A stretch of 64,000 nt of DNA from an archaeon GW2011_AR15 (GTDB lineage Archaea; Nanobdellota; Nanobdellia; Woesearchaeales; GW2011-AR15), in assembly GCA_000830295.1 (NCBI GenBank), contig CP010425.1, forward strand, positions 1-64,000, written 5' to 3'. The translations under genes were made by a program, and so were the position numbers. The notes beneath the pieces were generated by a model, which did no database searches, was not told where the DNA came from, and saw only the letters and a list, made by a program, of their open reading frames with translations. Of this stretch, positions 50,367 through 60,569 are shown one piece after another. How positions within the stretch are numbered: position 1 is the stretch's first letter; each line of letters begins with the position of its first letter.

Positions 50367-51632
50367 ATGGTGAGCCTTGGTTTTGAAAGCCAGATAGTTG
50401 TTGTTATCGGCCTCTGTCTGGTGTCCTCGTATCTTCTCAACCTTGTGTTAAATAAAAAATTTAAGCTTCCGCTGATGATTGCCCCGCTTATAGTCGGCCT
50501 GCTGCTGAATTATAATTTCTTTGACTACCGCTACCTTGTCCCTGATTTCAGGACAGTAATTTCTGTGTTCGCCAACATGGGTGTTGCTGTTGTGCTTTTC
50601 TTCATCGGCCTGAAAGTCGATCTGAGATATATGAAGGACCTGTCAAGGAGCGCCTCAGTAATAGCCCTCAGTTCCGGGCTTATCCCTTTTTTGCTTGGCT
50701 CTGCTGCAACTTTCCTGTACACCGGCAACCTCTTTGAATCCCTGTTCGTGGGAGTTGCGCTTGCAATCACGGCAGAGGAAGTATCCGTCGGAATACTTGA
50801 TGAGCTGAAAATGCTCAAGAAAAGAATCGGGCAGCTCATACTGGACGCAGGCATAATAGGCGATATTTTCGAGATAAGCATAATCGCGCTCCTGGGGATC
50901 CTGATCAGGTATAATTCCATGCAGGGCTCTGCCCTTTTCACTATGCTGCTGGAGATAGGTGTATTTCTGGCAGTCATACTCCTGATGAGGTATTTTGTGA
51001 TTGACATGCTGCTCAGGATTGCAGAAAAGACAAAAAGGGGCTTTGATTATTTCGGCGTTGCCCTTATTACACTGCTGGTAATGACTGTGGCTTCGGAGCT
51101 GCTTAACTTCAGCATGGTCCTCGGCGCTTTATTGGCCGGGATTTTGCTGAAAGACAAGCTCGTAAAAGACAAGCTCTATTACGAGGAATACCAGATAACA
51201 GAAGCCCTCGAGGTTTTCAATTTCGGGATATTCCATCCGATTATATTCATCTGGATCGGGCTGAGCATTGATTTCAGCATAATTTACAATAACATCGGGT
51301 TCGGGCTGCTATTGACTTTCCTTGCTCTTGGCGGGAAACTGCTTGGAAGTGTATTCGGGAATTATCTTGTCAACGAGCCTGCGAGCGAGGGGATGCTGAT
51401 AGGCTGGGGCCTGAATGCAAGGGGAGCGACAGGGCTGTTCGCCCTGCTTATAGCAAAGAATGTCGGGCTTGTCTCCCTCGGAGTTTTCTCAGCAATAGTT
51501 TTCATGGCCCTGGTAACAACAATCATCTCCCCTGTTGTCTTCAAGATGCTTGCAATGAAGGGCTACGGGATTGTCAATCATGCTAATCATTACAAAGCGC
51601 ACAGGCACAGGAAGAAGGTTGGGATTGTATAA
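50367..51632 (+). CDS. Cation:proton antiporter
   Basis: Multi-TM; LFFIGL, GKLLG and NARG. Confidence 0.88.
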   Translation: MVSLGFESQIVVVIGLCLVSSYLLNLVLNKKFKLPLMIAPLIVGLLLNYNFFDYRYLVPDFRTVISVFANMGVAVVLFFIGLKVDLRYMKDLSRSASVIALSSGLIPFLLGSAATFLYTGNLFESLFVGVALAITAEEVSVGILDELKMLKKRIGQLILDAGIIGDIFEISIIALLGILIRYNSMQGSALFTMLLEIGVFLAVILLMRYFVIDMLLRIAEKTKRGFDYFGVALITLLVMTVASELLNFSMVLGALLAGILLKDKLVKDKLYYEEYQITEALEVFNFGIFHPIIFIWIGLSIDFSIIYNNIGFGLLLTFLALGGKLLGSVFGNYLVNEPASEGMLIGWGLNARGATGLFALLIAKNVGLVSLGVFSAIVFMALVTTIISPVVFKMLAMKGYGIVNHANHYKAHRHRKKVGIV

Positions 51633-51646
51633 AAAAAACAGAATGC

Positions 51647-52243
51647 TTATCTGGAACTATCCGCCTGTCTCTCCATCTCCAGTTTCTTGGAAATGGCTTT
51701 TGAGGTCGGGCTCATGCTGTATGCACTTATAATCTCCTCAACCAAGTTGTCAACTGCATCTTTCTTGTTGTTGAATGATGCCTGGTAGACGCCCTGTACC
51801 ATGTACTTCATAGCCTGGTCAACCCTTCTCTGCGGGGCGACTTCAACTGCCTTAGGATACCTTGCTCCCCCGTACTCGATTGTGATAATCTCCTCCCTCG
51901 GAGCTGCATTCTCAATTGCCTTTGCAAAAACCTCAATCGGGTTCTTGTTAAGCTTTTTTTCGATTCTCTTAAATGTCTCTTCCACAAGGTCATATGCAGA
52001 AAGCGCTTTTCCTGTGTTCCTTCCTGAAGAGATGACGTGCTTCTTGGCCTTGTGGCCTGCAACCATAAGCCTGTTCATAAGCCTTTCAACAATGAATGTC
52101 TTTGACTTGTGGAACCTGTTGCCTGCATATCTTGCGCCTGTCCTTGGGACTATCCTTGGCTTCAGCGAGATGTAATTCTTAAGGCCGGGATCACTTATCT
52201 CAATGCCTTCCACACCCCACCTGTTAAATGCCTTAATGCTCAT
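51647..52243 (-). CDS. rps7: 30S ribosomal protein uS7
   Basis: [16 protein letters not shown] and RRVD. Confidence 0.96.
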   Translation of the reverse strand: MSIKAFNRWGVEGIEISDPGLKNYISLKPRIVPRTGARYAGNRFHKSKTFIVERLMNRLMVAGHKAKKHVISSGRNTGKALSAYDLVEETFKRIEKKLNKNPIEVFAKAIENAAPREEIITIEYGGARYPKAVEVAPQRRVDQAMKYMVQGVYQASFNNKKDAVDNLVEEIISAYSMSPTSKAISKKLEMERQADSSR

Positions 52244-52677
52244 TTTCTAGCCTTCTCCAGTTTTCCGTGAAGCAGTGCATGGAGCGACTGGTCGTTCACC
52301 TTGATGACCTGCCACCTGACGCCGGGAATATCTCCTTTTGACCTTCCCTTTGCTCCTCCGATGCATTCAATCATTACTTCATCGTGCTCGTCTACAAATT
52401 TGGTTGCCCCGTCTCCCGGAAGGAATGCAGTGACCTGCTTCCCGTTCTTGATAAGCTGCACTTTTACGCACTTGATAAGCCCTGAGTGAGGCTGCTTCCT
52501 CTCAATCTGCGTCTTCTCTATGACGATGCCGTTTGCCTGTGAGACTCCTCCCAGAGGGTCGGATTTCTTTCTCAGGCCAAGAAGCTTCCTCTTATACCTG
52601 ATATCCTGCCACCTGGAGTTGATTCTCCTGCTTACCAGCTTGTTTGCTGCGTTTATCCCTGACGGTTTTTTTCCCAT
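52240..52677 (-). CDS. rps12: 30S ribosomal protein uS12
   Basis: [16 protein letters not shown] and GDIPGVR. Confidence 0.96.
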   Translation of the reverse strand: MGKKPSGINAANKLVSRRINSRWQDIRYKRKLLGLRKKSDPLGGVSQANGIVIEKTQIERKQPHSGLIKCVKVQLIKNGKQVTAFLPGDGATKFVDEHDEVMIECIGGAKGRSKGDIPGVRWQVIKVNDQSLHALLHGKLEKARK

Positions 52678-52678
52678 A

Positions 52679-53098
52679 TCAAATTACCTTCAAATCCTGA
52701 ACATCTTTAAAATACTTTCGCATGATGTCGAGGTTGTTTTTTATGTTCGACTGGTTCCTTCCTATGAGGAAGGCCTTTGTCCTGGTGTCATCAGCCTTCA
52801 TGGTGATGACCCCTTCTTTAAATTCCACCTCTGCCCTAAGCGGGTGGATAAGGTTTTTTGCAAACTCTGCCTCTGATTCCGTAAAGCCTATGATCCTGAC
52901 CTTCTTTTTTAGCATGGACTCCATCTTCCTGACGTTTGCCGCATGCTTGCCTATTGCCTTGCCCAGCATCTCCTGGGGGACAACAAAGTTCATCAGGTTA
53001 TTGCTGTCTATGAAATAATCCTTTACCCTTGTCCTTGTTATTTTTTCAAACAGGGTCATCACCTTTAAACTGTCTGCGTTATATGTGATACGGGACAT
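52679..53098 (-). CDS. nusA: Archaeal NusA (KH domains)
   Basis: GKAIGK...NV and LIGRN..NI; canonical position before uS12. Confidence 0.9.
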   Translation of the reverse strand: MSRITYNADSLKVMTLFEKITRTRVKDYFIDSNNLMNFVVPQEMLGKAIGKHAANVRKMESMLKKKVRIIGFTESEAEFAKNLIHPLRAEVEFKEGVITMKADDTRTKAFLIGRNQSNIKNNLDIMRKYFKDVQDLKVI

Positions 53099-53099
53099 G

Positions 53100-53369
53100 T
53101 TAGCTCAGTAACCCGATTACTGAAATTGAATAGGGCCTCTTGCATTGGACGCCCAGCTCGTCGTTGGGAACTTCCAGCATCACTGCCTGCACACCTGCAA
53201 GCCTGGCATAATGCTCGATATCCCTGACTACTTCTGCTGGCGCATTTGATGATATGAAAACCCTGCTCAGCTTCCTGAGCTTCAGATTCTTTATGGTGCT
53301 GTCAGTACCTATTACAAGCTTCTTTGTCTTCAGGTACTTTTTTATTTCTTCCAACCCTGTTTCTGTCAT
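53100..53369 (-). CDS. rpl30e: 50S ribosomal protein eL30
   Basis: KLVIG, SSNAP and ELG..C.RPY.IS. Confidence 0.9.
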   Translation of the reverse strand: MTETGLEEIKKYLKTKKLVIGTDSTIKNLKLRKLSRVFISSNAPAEVVRDIEHYARLAGVQAVMLEVPNDELGVQCKRPYSISVIGLLS

Positions 53370-53430
53370 CTTTCCTCATGAAAATTCCGACTGTTTATAA
53401 AGATTTTGCTCTCGGACAGACAAGGAGAAA

Positions 53431-53946
53431 TCATTCAACATTCTGTATCTGGTCGTCGTTGTCTCTCCTGATAACCTTGACAGCATCCATCTTGACTGTA
53501 ATAGGAATAGGGACTGCTGCCTGAAGCAGCTCGACAACAACTTCTTCCTTAAGCTTGTCAACCCTTATGATCTTGGCCTTCTCCCTCTTGAACGGCCCGC
53601 TTATTATCTCGGCAATGTCATTCTTCTGTATATTAACTTCCTTCTTGACCTGCTCAAGCATATGCTCTATCTCCTTGTACTGGACCTGCTTCGGAAGTAT
53701 CCCCCTTGCATAAGGTATATTGAATGCTGCCTGCTCTGCATCTGACTTTGTGGCAGCTTCCAGGAAAATGTAGCCTCTCATGCCGTGCGGCCTTACGACT
53801 GCATATACTTCAAGCCCTTTTTTCTGGGCATTGCTTGTCACGAAATCCATGACCTGGTCTTCCCTGTTGGCAGTTGTCCTTAGTGCAAATATGTTCGGCT
53901 CGCTGCTCTGCGGCGCTGCTGCATTTTCTGTTGTTTCTTCCGGCAT
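53431..53946 (-). CDS. spt5: Transcription elongation factor Spt5/NusG
   Basis: GYIFLE, ISGPFK KOW and AVPIPITV. Confidence 0.95.
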   Translation of the reverse strand: MPEETTENAAAPQSSEPNIFALRTTANREDQVMDFVTSNAQKKGLEVYAVVRPHGMRGYIFLEAATKSDAEQAAFNIPYARGILPKQVQYKEIEHMLEQVKKEVNIQKNDIAEIISGPFKREKAKIIRVDKLKEEVVVELLQAAVPIPITVKMDAVKVIRRDNDDQIQNVE

Positions 53947-53947
53947 T

Positions 53948-54118
53948 TTATATAAGCATCTCCTTTGCTATGAAAAGCAAAAAACCTACTGCACCTATCA
54001 GCAGTACACCCATCCCTGAAATCTTGAATATGTTCTTGAATTCAGTCCCGTCCGGCTTCTTTGTAACAGCCAGGACCCTTTTGCATTCTATGATAAATGT
54101 CTTTAGGTTGCTAATCAT
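53948..54118 (-). CDS. secE: Protein translocase SecE/Sec61-gamma (56 aa, not in ORF track)
   Basis: Manual translation ...ECKRVLAVTKKPDGTEF...GVLLIGAVGFLLF; upstream of spt5. Confidence 0.9.
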   Translation of the reverse strand: MISNLKTFIIECKRVLAVTKKPDGTEFKNIFKISGMGVLLIGAVGFLLFIAKEMLI

Positions 54119-54156
54119 TTGCTTAAAAGCAAAAACCCCTAGTATTTAAAGATTGC

Positions 54157-54720
54157 CTAAATGACCGGAGCAAGCAGATCATAGAGTGCGCTGAGCAGGG
54201 GAAGATAGATCACGAGGTTGAAGAACATCTGGGAAGTCTGGTGGGTAAAGCTCTCGAAAGGCGATATCCCGACCATCGTGAACCAGGGGAAGGCGATTAC
54301 TGTCCTTATTATTATGGCAGCAAAGTAAGCGGTCGCAAAGGGCATGCCGAAGGCGCTGTGCATTGTCCCTGTAAGGAAGCCTGCCACTCCTGCAAGTATT
54401 ATGGTGGAGACATAGGTTATTGAGACAAAGCTGTTCATCACATAAGAGAACCCGCCTACTGCAAGGCCGTAGAATAACCCCACTATAGGGCCGAATATGT
54501 ATCCTATAAAGCATGACATTGCCGTGTTGCTCTCAATCGAGATATGCGGCACCATCTTTGCATACCTTACAGTTATGAAAGTTATGGGGGCAAAGACGAT
54601 GACAAGGAGTATTCCTGTGACATATCTTGACCAGATAAGCGCCACAAGAAGGATGACAAGGGCAATAAGAACGTTTCTGAGATTTAGGTATTTCCTAAAA
54701 TCAATCTTCTTTTTGCTCAT
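54157..54720 (-). CDS. Multi-TM membrane protein, paralog 1 (ECF S-component-like)
   Basis: PHISIE...IGYIFGP..G..YG. Confidence 0.75.
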   Translation of the reverse strand: MSKKKIDFRKYLNLRNVLIALVILLVALIWSRYVTGILLVIVFAPITFITVRYAKMVPHISIESNTAMSCFIGYIFGPIVGLFYGLAVGGFSYVMNSFVSITYVSTIILAGVAGFLTGTMHSAFGMPFATAYFAAIIIRTVIAFPWFTMVGISPFESFTHQTSQMFFNLVIYLPLLSALYDLLAPVI

Positions 54721-54870
54721 TAAAAAACAGAGTAAAATGCCTTCCTTTTTAAATATTCTGATAAGGGAGTTTATTCCCTCAGAAACTTTTAAATAGTGTA
54801 AACATCTTTCCGATTTTATGAAGGGTTGCTTTTATTGTAAATTCTCTGCTTCTGGGGGCGGCTGTGCTGG

Positions 54871-55443
54871 ATGACTAAGAAAAAGAAGATATATTTTGAC
54901 AGCATAAAGAAGCATCTTACCCTGAGGAATTTCCTGATTGCGGGCATAGCCCTTATCATCTACCTTATGTTTGCAGACCTGGCAAAGGCAATATTATTTA
55001 CAGCCCTCTTTGTCCCGCTCGGCACAGTCTCCATCAAGGTAACCAGGCTGCTGCCGCAGGCAAACATCGAGGTCATAACGCCTTGCAGCTTTTTCCTCGG
55101 CTACCTCTATGGCTGGCCCGTGGGCGTCTTTTACGGCGTAATCCTGGGCGCATACATGTGGTCAACCGCATACAGCATTTCCCAGTTCGTCGTCATGTCG
55201 CTGTTCCTGAACGGCGTTTCCGCATTTATGGGCCATTACTTCAGCACCTCTTTCGGATGGAGCTTTACATTCGCATATCTTCTGGCAATGGGCATAAGAA
55301 ACATACTATATTTCACAATAGGCCTTCTTATAGGCGGCAATCCTGTGGAAAACACCATGCATACAATCACTGCCACCCTCACCAACATGCTGATTTTCCC
55401 TACTTTCATGATAATGCTGTATAACATAGCAACAATAATCTAA
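54871..55443 (+). CDS. Multi-TM membrane protein, paralog 2
   Basis: PQANIE...LGYLYGW..G..YG. Confidence 0.75.
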   Translation: MTKKKKIYFDSIKKHLTLRNFLIAGIALIIYLMFADLAKAILFTALFVPLGTVSIKVTRLLPQANIEVITPCSFFLGYLYGWPVGVFYGVILGAYMWSTAYSISQFVVMSLFLNGVSAFMGHYFSTSFGWSFTFAYLLAMGIRNILYFTIGLLIGGNPVENTMHTITATLTNMLIFPTFMIMLYNIATII

Positions 55444-55453
55444 GGGAGCATGG

Positions 55454-56005
55454 ATGAAAAAGACAACAATCACTGAATTCATAAAGCAGAACGGGAAGAT
55501 GCTTCTCCTTGCTGTTATCTCACTTATAATTTTCAACAAGTATATCATAATAATCGGCGTCTTCATACTCTTCGGCATCCTGGGCATAATAAGCCTCCAG
55601 GTGACAAGGCTTATCCCCCATGTCTCAATAGAGACAATCTCGGCATCATCAATACTATTAGGCTATCTGTGGGGATGGAAGCTTGGGCTTGCATTCGGAG
55701 TCATTTTCGGGCTCTACGGCTACATGAAAATCTCGCTGATAAAGCTGAAGACAATTATTGCAGCAATGCTGATGGGCATCTGCGGCGTCATCGCTGCGAT
55801 ATTCGCCTCTCTCGGCTACTCTTTTGCCTCTGCATACCTGCTGACTTTCCTTATCAAGATGGGGCTCAACCAGATTATATTCCCCCTTGTGGAATCAAAC
55901 ATGACAGAAAACTTCATCCACTCTTTCGGAGACCCTATTTTCAACATGCTCATAACATTCCAATTAATGCAACTAATATATACTATACTCACTTTCATAG
56001 CATGA
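55454..56005 (+). CDS. Multi-TM membrane protein, paralog 3
   Basis: PHVSIE...LGYLWGW..G..FG. Confidence 0.75.
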   Translation: MKKTTITEFIKQNGKMLLLAVISLIIFNKYIIIIGVFILFGILGIISLQVTRLIPHVSIETISASSILLGYLWGWKLGLAFGVIFGLYGYMKISLIKLKTIIAAMLMGICGVIAAIFASLGYSFASAYLLTFLIKMGLNQIIFPLVESNMTENFIHSFGDPIFNMLITFQLMQLIYTILTFIA

Positions 56006-56018
56006 GGAGGCATAAAAA

Positions 56019-56531
56019 ATGAAAAACCTGTTCAAAAAACTTGACAAGATCGCCACGGATATTCCTGCATCAGAAATAATGGTCAAAGATATCAAGACAA
56101 TAAATGAAACAGAAACTGCCCAGAAGGCTGTTGAGCTGATGTCAAAGCACTCAGTATCGGGGCTGATTGTGCAGGACACGACAGGAAAGACAATAGGGAT
56201 AGTGAGCGAAGGCGACCTCCTGAAGAAAGTTTTCCTTAAGAAAAAAAGCCCTGCCAAAGTTAGAATCAGCGAAATTATGACGCGCGGCCTTGAGACAATC
56301 CCCCCTGAGAAAAGCATAGGGGAAACTGCGCTGATGATGAAGAGGCTCGGAATAAGCAGGCTTCCTGTAGTCAAAAATAAAGAAATACTGGGCATGGTCA
56401 CAAAGTCCGACCTGCTTGAGGAGCTGAACGAGATCTACAGGCAGAACAGGAGGCTGCTCTGGGTTGCAGCAGTAATAACCCTGCAGTTCATAATAATAGC
56501 CGTACTGGTTGCAATGCTCATAAGCAAGTGA
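56019..56531 (+). CDS. CBS-pair protein with C-terminal TM anchor
   Basis: GIVSEGDL, LPVV...GMVTKSDL and a hydrophobic tail. Confidence 0.88.
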   Translation: MKNLFKKLDKIATDIPASEIMVKDIKTINETETAQKAVELMSKHSVSGLIVQDTTGKTIGIVSEGDLLKKVFLKKKSPAKVRISEIMTRGLETIPPEKSIGETALMMKRLGISRLPVVKNKEILGMVTKSDLLEELNEIYRQNRRLLWVAAVITLQFIIIAVLVAMLISK

Positions 56532-57118
56532 AGATAATGAAGAATCCAAATACAATAAAAAAGGAGAACCAGAGATACCAGAGGCTCTTTGATAAATATT
56601 TTAAGATAAGGTATATACTCATCGGGGTAATCCTTATTTTCCTGTTCTCGCTGTACACTGATTTTTTCAAGGTGCTCATCCTTGTTGCGATGTTCCTTCC
56701 GCTGGCAGCCTACAGCATGATAGCCAGCAAGTTCGTGCCTCATATTGCTGTTGAGACTCTCTCAGGCAGCGTCTTGCTGCTCGGGTATCTTTACGGGCCG
56801 ATGGTTGCGCTGATATTCGGCATAATCGCAGGCTTCTACGGGATGTACAAGTCAAGCCACATAAAATACCTCATGATTATAAGAGTGGTCGTCACTGCAC
56901 TGGTCGGCTTTGTCATGGCTTTTTTTACAAACATAGATTTCAACCTGAATTTCATCATCGGAATAATAGCCATGAATGTTATACTGTACTTCCTTTACCT
57001 CCTCGTTGACCCTGACCCGATACAGAATTACACGCACAGGGCAAGCCACATACTCTCCAACATATTCCTTCTCAGGTATCTGTTTTTGCTTCTCTACAAC
57101 ATAATAAAAATAATTTAA
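56528..57118 (+). CDS. Multi-TM membrane protein, paralog 4
   Basis: PHIAVE...LGYLYGP.....FG. Confidence 0.75.
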   Translation: MKIMKNPNTIKKENQRYQRLFDKYFKIRYILIGVILIFLFSLYTDFFKVLILVAMFLPLAAYSMIASKFVPHIAVETLSGSVLLLGYLYGPMVALIFGIIAGFYGMYKSSHIKYLMIIRVVVTALVGFVMAFFTNIDFNLNFIIGIIAMNVILYFLYLLVDPDPIQNYTHRASHILSNIFLLRYLFLLLYNIIKII

Positions 57119-57144
57119 TAAATGGGCAGTGGTTTTCTCCGGCT

Positions 57145-57927
57145 ATGAAAATACTGAAAATACCTTTGTCAGCAGGTAACCTGAAGCAGAAAAAAGGACT
57201 GGAGAAGGGGCCTGATGCCGTAGCAGGAGAAGTAAAGAATTTCTTCCTTAAGGAATCCGAAGTGCTGCCTTTCCTTGATGTAGAGGATGTAAAGATAAAT
57301 AATTCCAATATAGAAGAGGCCAACAGGCAGATTGCAAAGGCTGTCTCCGGCCTTGACATGCCTGCAATACTTCTTGGGGGGGACCATTCAATGACATATT
57401 CTGCTTTCAGGGCATTCTCAAAAAAATACAGCAACCCCGGACTTCTTGTCTTTGACGCGCATCTTGACTGCGAAAACGATTTCAGCCCGCCCACGCATGA
57501 GGATTACCTCAGGGTGCTTATAGGAGAAGGCCACCTGAAGAAAGAGAATGCTGTTGTCATAGGGGTGAGGAACATGCATACGAATGAACTTGAATTTGCA
57601 AAGAAGAGCAAGCTGAAGATTTTTTCAATGCCCGAGATATACCAGGAAGGGAGGCACGTGGTTGCCGACTCATTCATGTCAGTTGCAAGGAAATTTGATG
57701 CGCTCTACATCTCTGTTGATGTTGATGTGCTGGATCCTGCTTTTGCCCCCGGCACAGGGTATACGGAACCTGGCGGGCTTACAACAAGGGAGCTGATCTA
57801 TTTTATACAGCGGCTGAAGAACCTGAAGAACATCCAGATGTGGGACCTGGTTGAGGTCAATCCTGATAAGGATATTAATAATATTACTGTCATGGCTGCT
57901 GCAAAGCTGGTTGTTGAGATGAGCTGA
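57145..57927 (+). CDS. Arginase/agmatinase family ureohydrolase
   Basis: GGDHS, DAHLD and SVDVDVLDP..APGTG. Confidence 0.93.
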   Translation: MKILKIPLSAGNLKQKKGLEKGPDAVAGEVKNFFLKESEVLPFLDVEDVKINNSNIEEANRQIAKAVSGLDMPAILLGGDHSMTYSAFRAFSKKYSNPGLLVFDAHLDCENDFSPPTHEDYLRVLIGEGHLKKENAVVIGVRNMHTNELEFAKKSKLKIFSMPEIYQEGRHVVADSFMSVARKFDALYISVDVDVLDPAFAPGTGYTEPGGLTTRELIYFIQRLKNLKNIQMWDLVEVNPDKDINNITVMAAAKLVVEMS

Positions 57928-58711
57928 GAGACGCATTCAGTATATTGTGAAGTCTGGGTGTCTCATTGAGCTGCTTGTATATCAGGGTAAAATATCTCGG
58001 GTTCTCTTTTGTGGAATAGGCAAAATATTTTCTTTTTACAACAGCCTCATACCCCATTCTTACGGCCGGCAGCGGGTCCCATGAAATCATCCCATAGAGC
58101 TCCCTGATTCCCGCTTCCCACATCTTATGCTCAAATATATTTGCAAGTACTGGACCAAGCAGCCCTCCCCTGGCCTCCTGCCTAATGTTAAAGTGCATAT
58201 GGCCCATTCTTCCCGGAAATTTCCATTTCCTGTTTTTTGCCAGGTTGTGGACAAATATGTCAAGCTTGTAAGGTGCAAATGCCGGCACTGACGCAAGCAG
58301 TTTTATTATGAACCTCCTGTTCATTGAGTTGCTGTATTTGCCACCCTCCCAAAAATACTTACCGATATTTCCGGAAAACATTTTTACCCACAGTTTATTT
58401 CTTTCAGCATCAAACTTTTTTCCTGATGCTGCAATCATATATCCGATTACCCTGTTGTCCTGGCTGGCTGCTACGTAGGCATTCTCAGCCTCTAAATCAA
58501 GGTAGGACTTTGTCAGCAGTCTTCCGTAGAAATCCCTGTCAGAAAAAAACCTGTCTATGCCGATGCCGCTGACTGCAGTATCGCAGCATATATCCTCTAT
58601 ATACTTCCTGTCAGCCTCTTCAAATTTCCTTATAGTAAACCTGCTGCCTATCCTTGGATCTGCATAAGTAAAGGGGATAAGCTCATCTATGCCGGATAAT
58701 TTGCTGCCCAT
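57890..58711 (-). CDS. GNAT-like acetyltransferase fold protein
   Basis: IRKF...D, VIGY and HMHFNI...ARGG.LG. Confidence 0.6.
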   Translation of the reverse strand: MGSKLSGIDELIPFTYADPRIGSRFTIRKFEEADRKYIEDICCDTAVSGIGIDRFFSDRDFYGRLLTKSYLDLEAENAYVAASQDNRVIGYMIAASGKKFDAERNKLWVKMFSGNIGKYFWEGGKYSNSMNRRFIIKLLASVPAFAPYKLDIFVHNLAKNRKWKFPGRMGHMHFNIRQEARGGLLGPVLANIFEHKMWEAGIRELYGMISWDPLPAVRMGYEAVVKRKYFAYSTKENPRYFTLIYKQLNETPRLHNILNASLSSSQQPALQQP

Positions 58712-58737
58712 GCTAAAAATTAAAGAAAATGTTATAT

Positions 58738-59133
58738 TTAAAGCCTGTACTCAACCCACTTTATTTTCTTGCTTTCAATTGCCTCTTTCAGTTTTTTCTC
58801 TACATCTGAGAGTTTTGCATTCCCTGTCTTTATCTCAACAAACACAACTTCCTCAGGTTCTTTATTGTCAAGCCCCCTGAAAACAATAAGGTCAATCGGG
58901 CTGCCTATGAACCTTGATTCTGTCGGGGAATACGGGAAGTCCGGAAGATACGGGGCAAGCTGCTCTGAGAATTTTCCTGTCAATACTTGTCGTGATTTTT
59001 CCACAGAATCTTTTCTTAATTTCGGCAGGCTTTCTTTCCATTCCTGGTCTTTCACAACAGAGCCTATCCAGTACCCTATCCATATCAGCACCAGTGCACC
59101 TGCAAGAAGAAGGACAATTGTTAATGGATCCAT
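58738..59133 (-). CDS. Holliday junction resolvase-like endonuclease with N-terminal TM
   Basis: EQLAP, FIGSPID and FVEIKTG (PD-(D/E)xK). Confidence 0.88.
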   Translation of the reverse strand: MDPLTIVLLLAGALVLIWIGYWIGSVVKDQEWKESLPKLRKDSVEKSRQVLTGKFSEQLAPYLPDFPYSPTESRFIGSPIDLIVFRGLDNKEPEEVVFVEIKTGNAKLSDVEKKLKEAIESKKIKWVEYRL

Positions 59134-59168
59134 GATGAAAAAATAAGAAAAGAAGTTAATATAAGTTT

Positions 59169-59642
59169 CTATTGGACTATGAGCCTTCCTCTCATTTCCT
59201 GATGGCCAGAGCCGCAGAAAACGTTGCAGAAGAATGTGAACTCTCCTGTCTTGTCAGCAACGAACTCAACTGTGACTTCCTCGCCTGGAGAAAGCTTCTC
59301 GCTCACTCCGAATTCAGGAATGGCAAACCCGTGGTCAACATCAACGCTTGTTATCAGAAGCCTGACAGTGTCCCCTTTATTTACTGTGATTTCAGCAGGG
59401 TCAAATTCCCAGTTCTTTGCAACAATGCTGAATTCCCTGACTTCAGCAGCTGCATTATCTGAAACATCTGCATTATCTGATGTTTCCTGCTCCTCTCCTA
59501 CCGGCTGGTCTGCCTCTTCCTGTGTCCCTGCACTGACATCTGCCTCTGCCTCAACATCTGCATTATCTGCATTATTGCCTGATGTTGTGCATGCGGATAT
59601 CAGAAATGCTATAACCAAAATAACTGCTAATATCTTCCTCAT
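59169..59642 (-). CDS. Cupredoxin (CuA-type motif) lipoprotein
   Basis: Lipobox ISAC; DVDHGF and CNVFCGSGHQEM. Confidence 0.88.
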   Translation of the reverse strand: MRKILAVILVIAFLISACTTSGNNADNADVEAEADVSAGTQEEADQPVGEEQETSDNADVSDNAAAEVREFSIVAKNWEFDPAEITVNKGDTVRLLITSVDVDHGFAIPEFGVSEKLSPGEEVTVEFVADKTGEFTFFCNVFCGSGHQEMRGRLIVQ

Positions 59643-59751
59643 GGTATCACCCGTCTTCTGGATAATGGAAATCCAATATAAAGTTTTCGAATTCCTCTGA
59701 ATGCATAATTTTAAATATAAATTTCTTCTCGGGTAGCTTTGGGGAAATAAA

Positions 59752-60519
59752 ATGAGTCTGAAAAGGGGAATCATGGATGCGGGGTTTATAGTCCTGGATG
59801 ACAAGGTCATGGGAATAAACCTTGGCTGGGATGCGGCTACTGAGCATGAAACTGGGATAAGAGAGTTAAGGAAATCATTCGGCATCGGGCTTGATGAAAA
59901 GCTTCTGGGCTATGAGGCAAGGAAAAATACAGCAGTACCGAAAACTCTTTTTTACCATGAGGATGAGACAGCATCTCTTGTATTCGTTCCTTATTCTTCC
60001 ATTAGCTCAATTGAAGAGGCATTGGGATACATCCCAAAACTTTATGACGGGGAAGATCTTGCCACAGGATGGGAAAGCGATGCATTTGCAGTCAGGACTA
60101 CATTAGAGCACGGCGCTGCTCTGAAAAATGTGTATGAGGCTTTCAGGAAAAAGAGCGGGATAATAATGCTCGGCAACAGGACAACGCCTTTTGCGAATCC
60201 CGGACTAATTCTTATGGACTACAGGAAAATACCTGAAGAATATCTTGAAAAAGCAAGGGAAATTGACAGGACACACAGGGAAGAACAGGCAAATTACAGG
60301 AGACTGGAAAAGGAAAGTGGAGTGTTTGAGCTTCTTGAGAAAGGAGGCAAAGAATATTTTGCCTTAAGCATAAGGGGTCTTGGCGAAAACGGAAAGCCAA
60401 GGTGGTGGCTGTACCCTGAGCAGCAGGATAGGTATGAAGCAGGGTGGTACTCTACAGAAGATTTAAAGCTGTGGGCAAAAAACAAGGGCCCTGTAATGAG
60501 AGAAGCGGACAGCAGGTAA
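59752..60519 (+). CDS. Hypothetical protein
   Basis: 255-aa ORF with a GGGGA RBS. Confidence 0.7.
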   Translation: MSLKRGIMDAGFIVLDDKVMGINLGWDAATEHETGIRELRKSFGIGLDEKLLGYEARKNTAVPKTLFYHEDETASLVFVPYSSISSIEEALGYIPKLYDGEDLATGWESDAFAVRTTLEHGAALKNVYEAFRKKSGIIMLGNRTTPFANPGLILMDYRKIPEEYLEKAREIDRTHREEQANYRRLEKESGVFELLEKGGKEYFALSIRGLGENGKPRWWLYPEQQDRYEAGWYSTEDLKLWAKNKGPVMREADSR

Positions 60520-60569
60520 ATTCTTGCAATCACAAATTTAATAAAGGAATCCTGATAAGAAAAAAAGAG

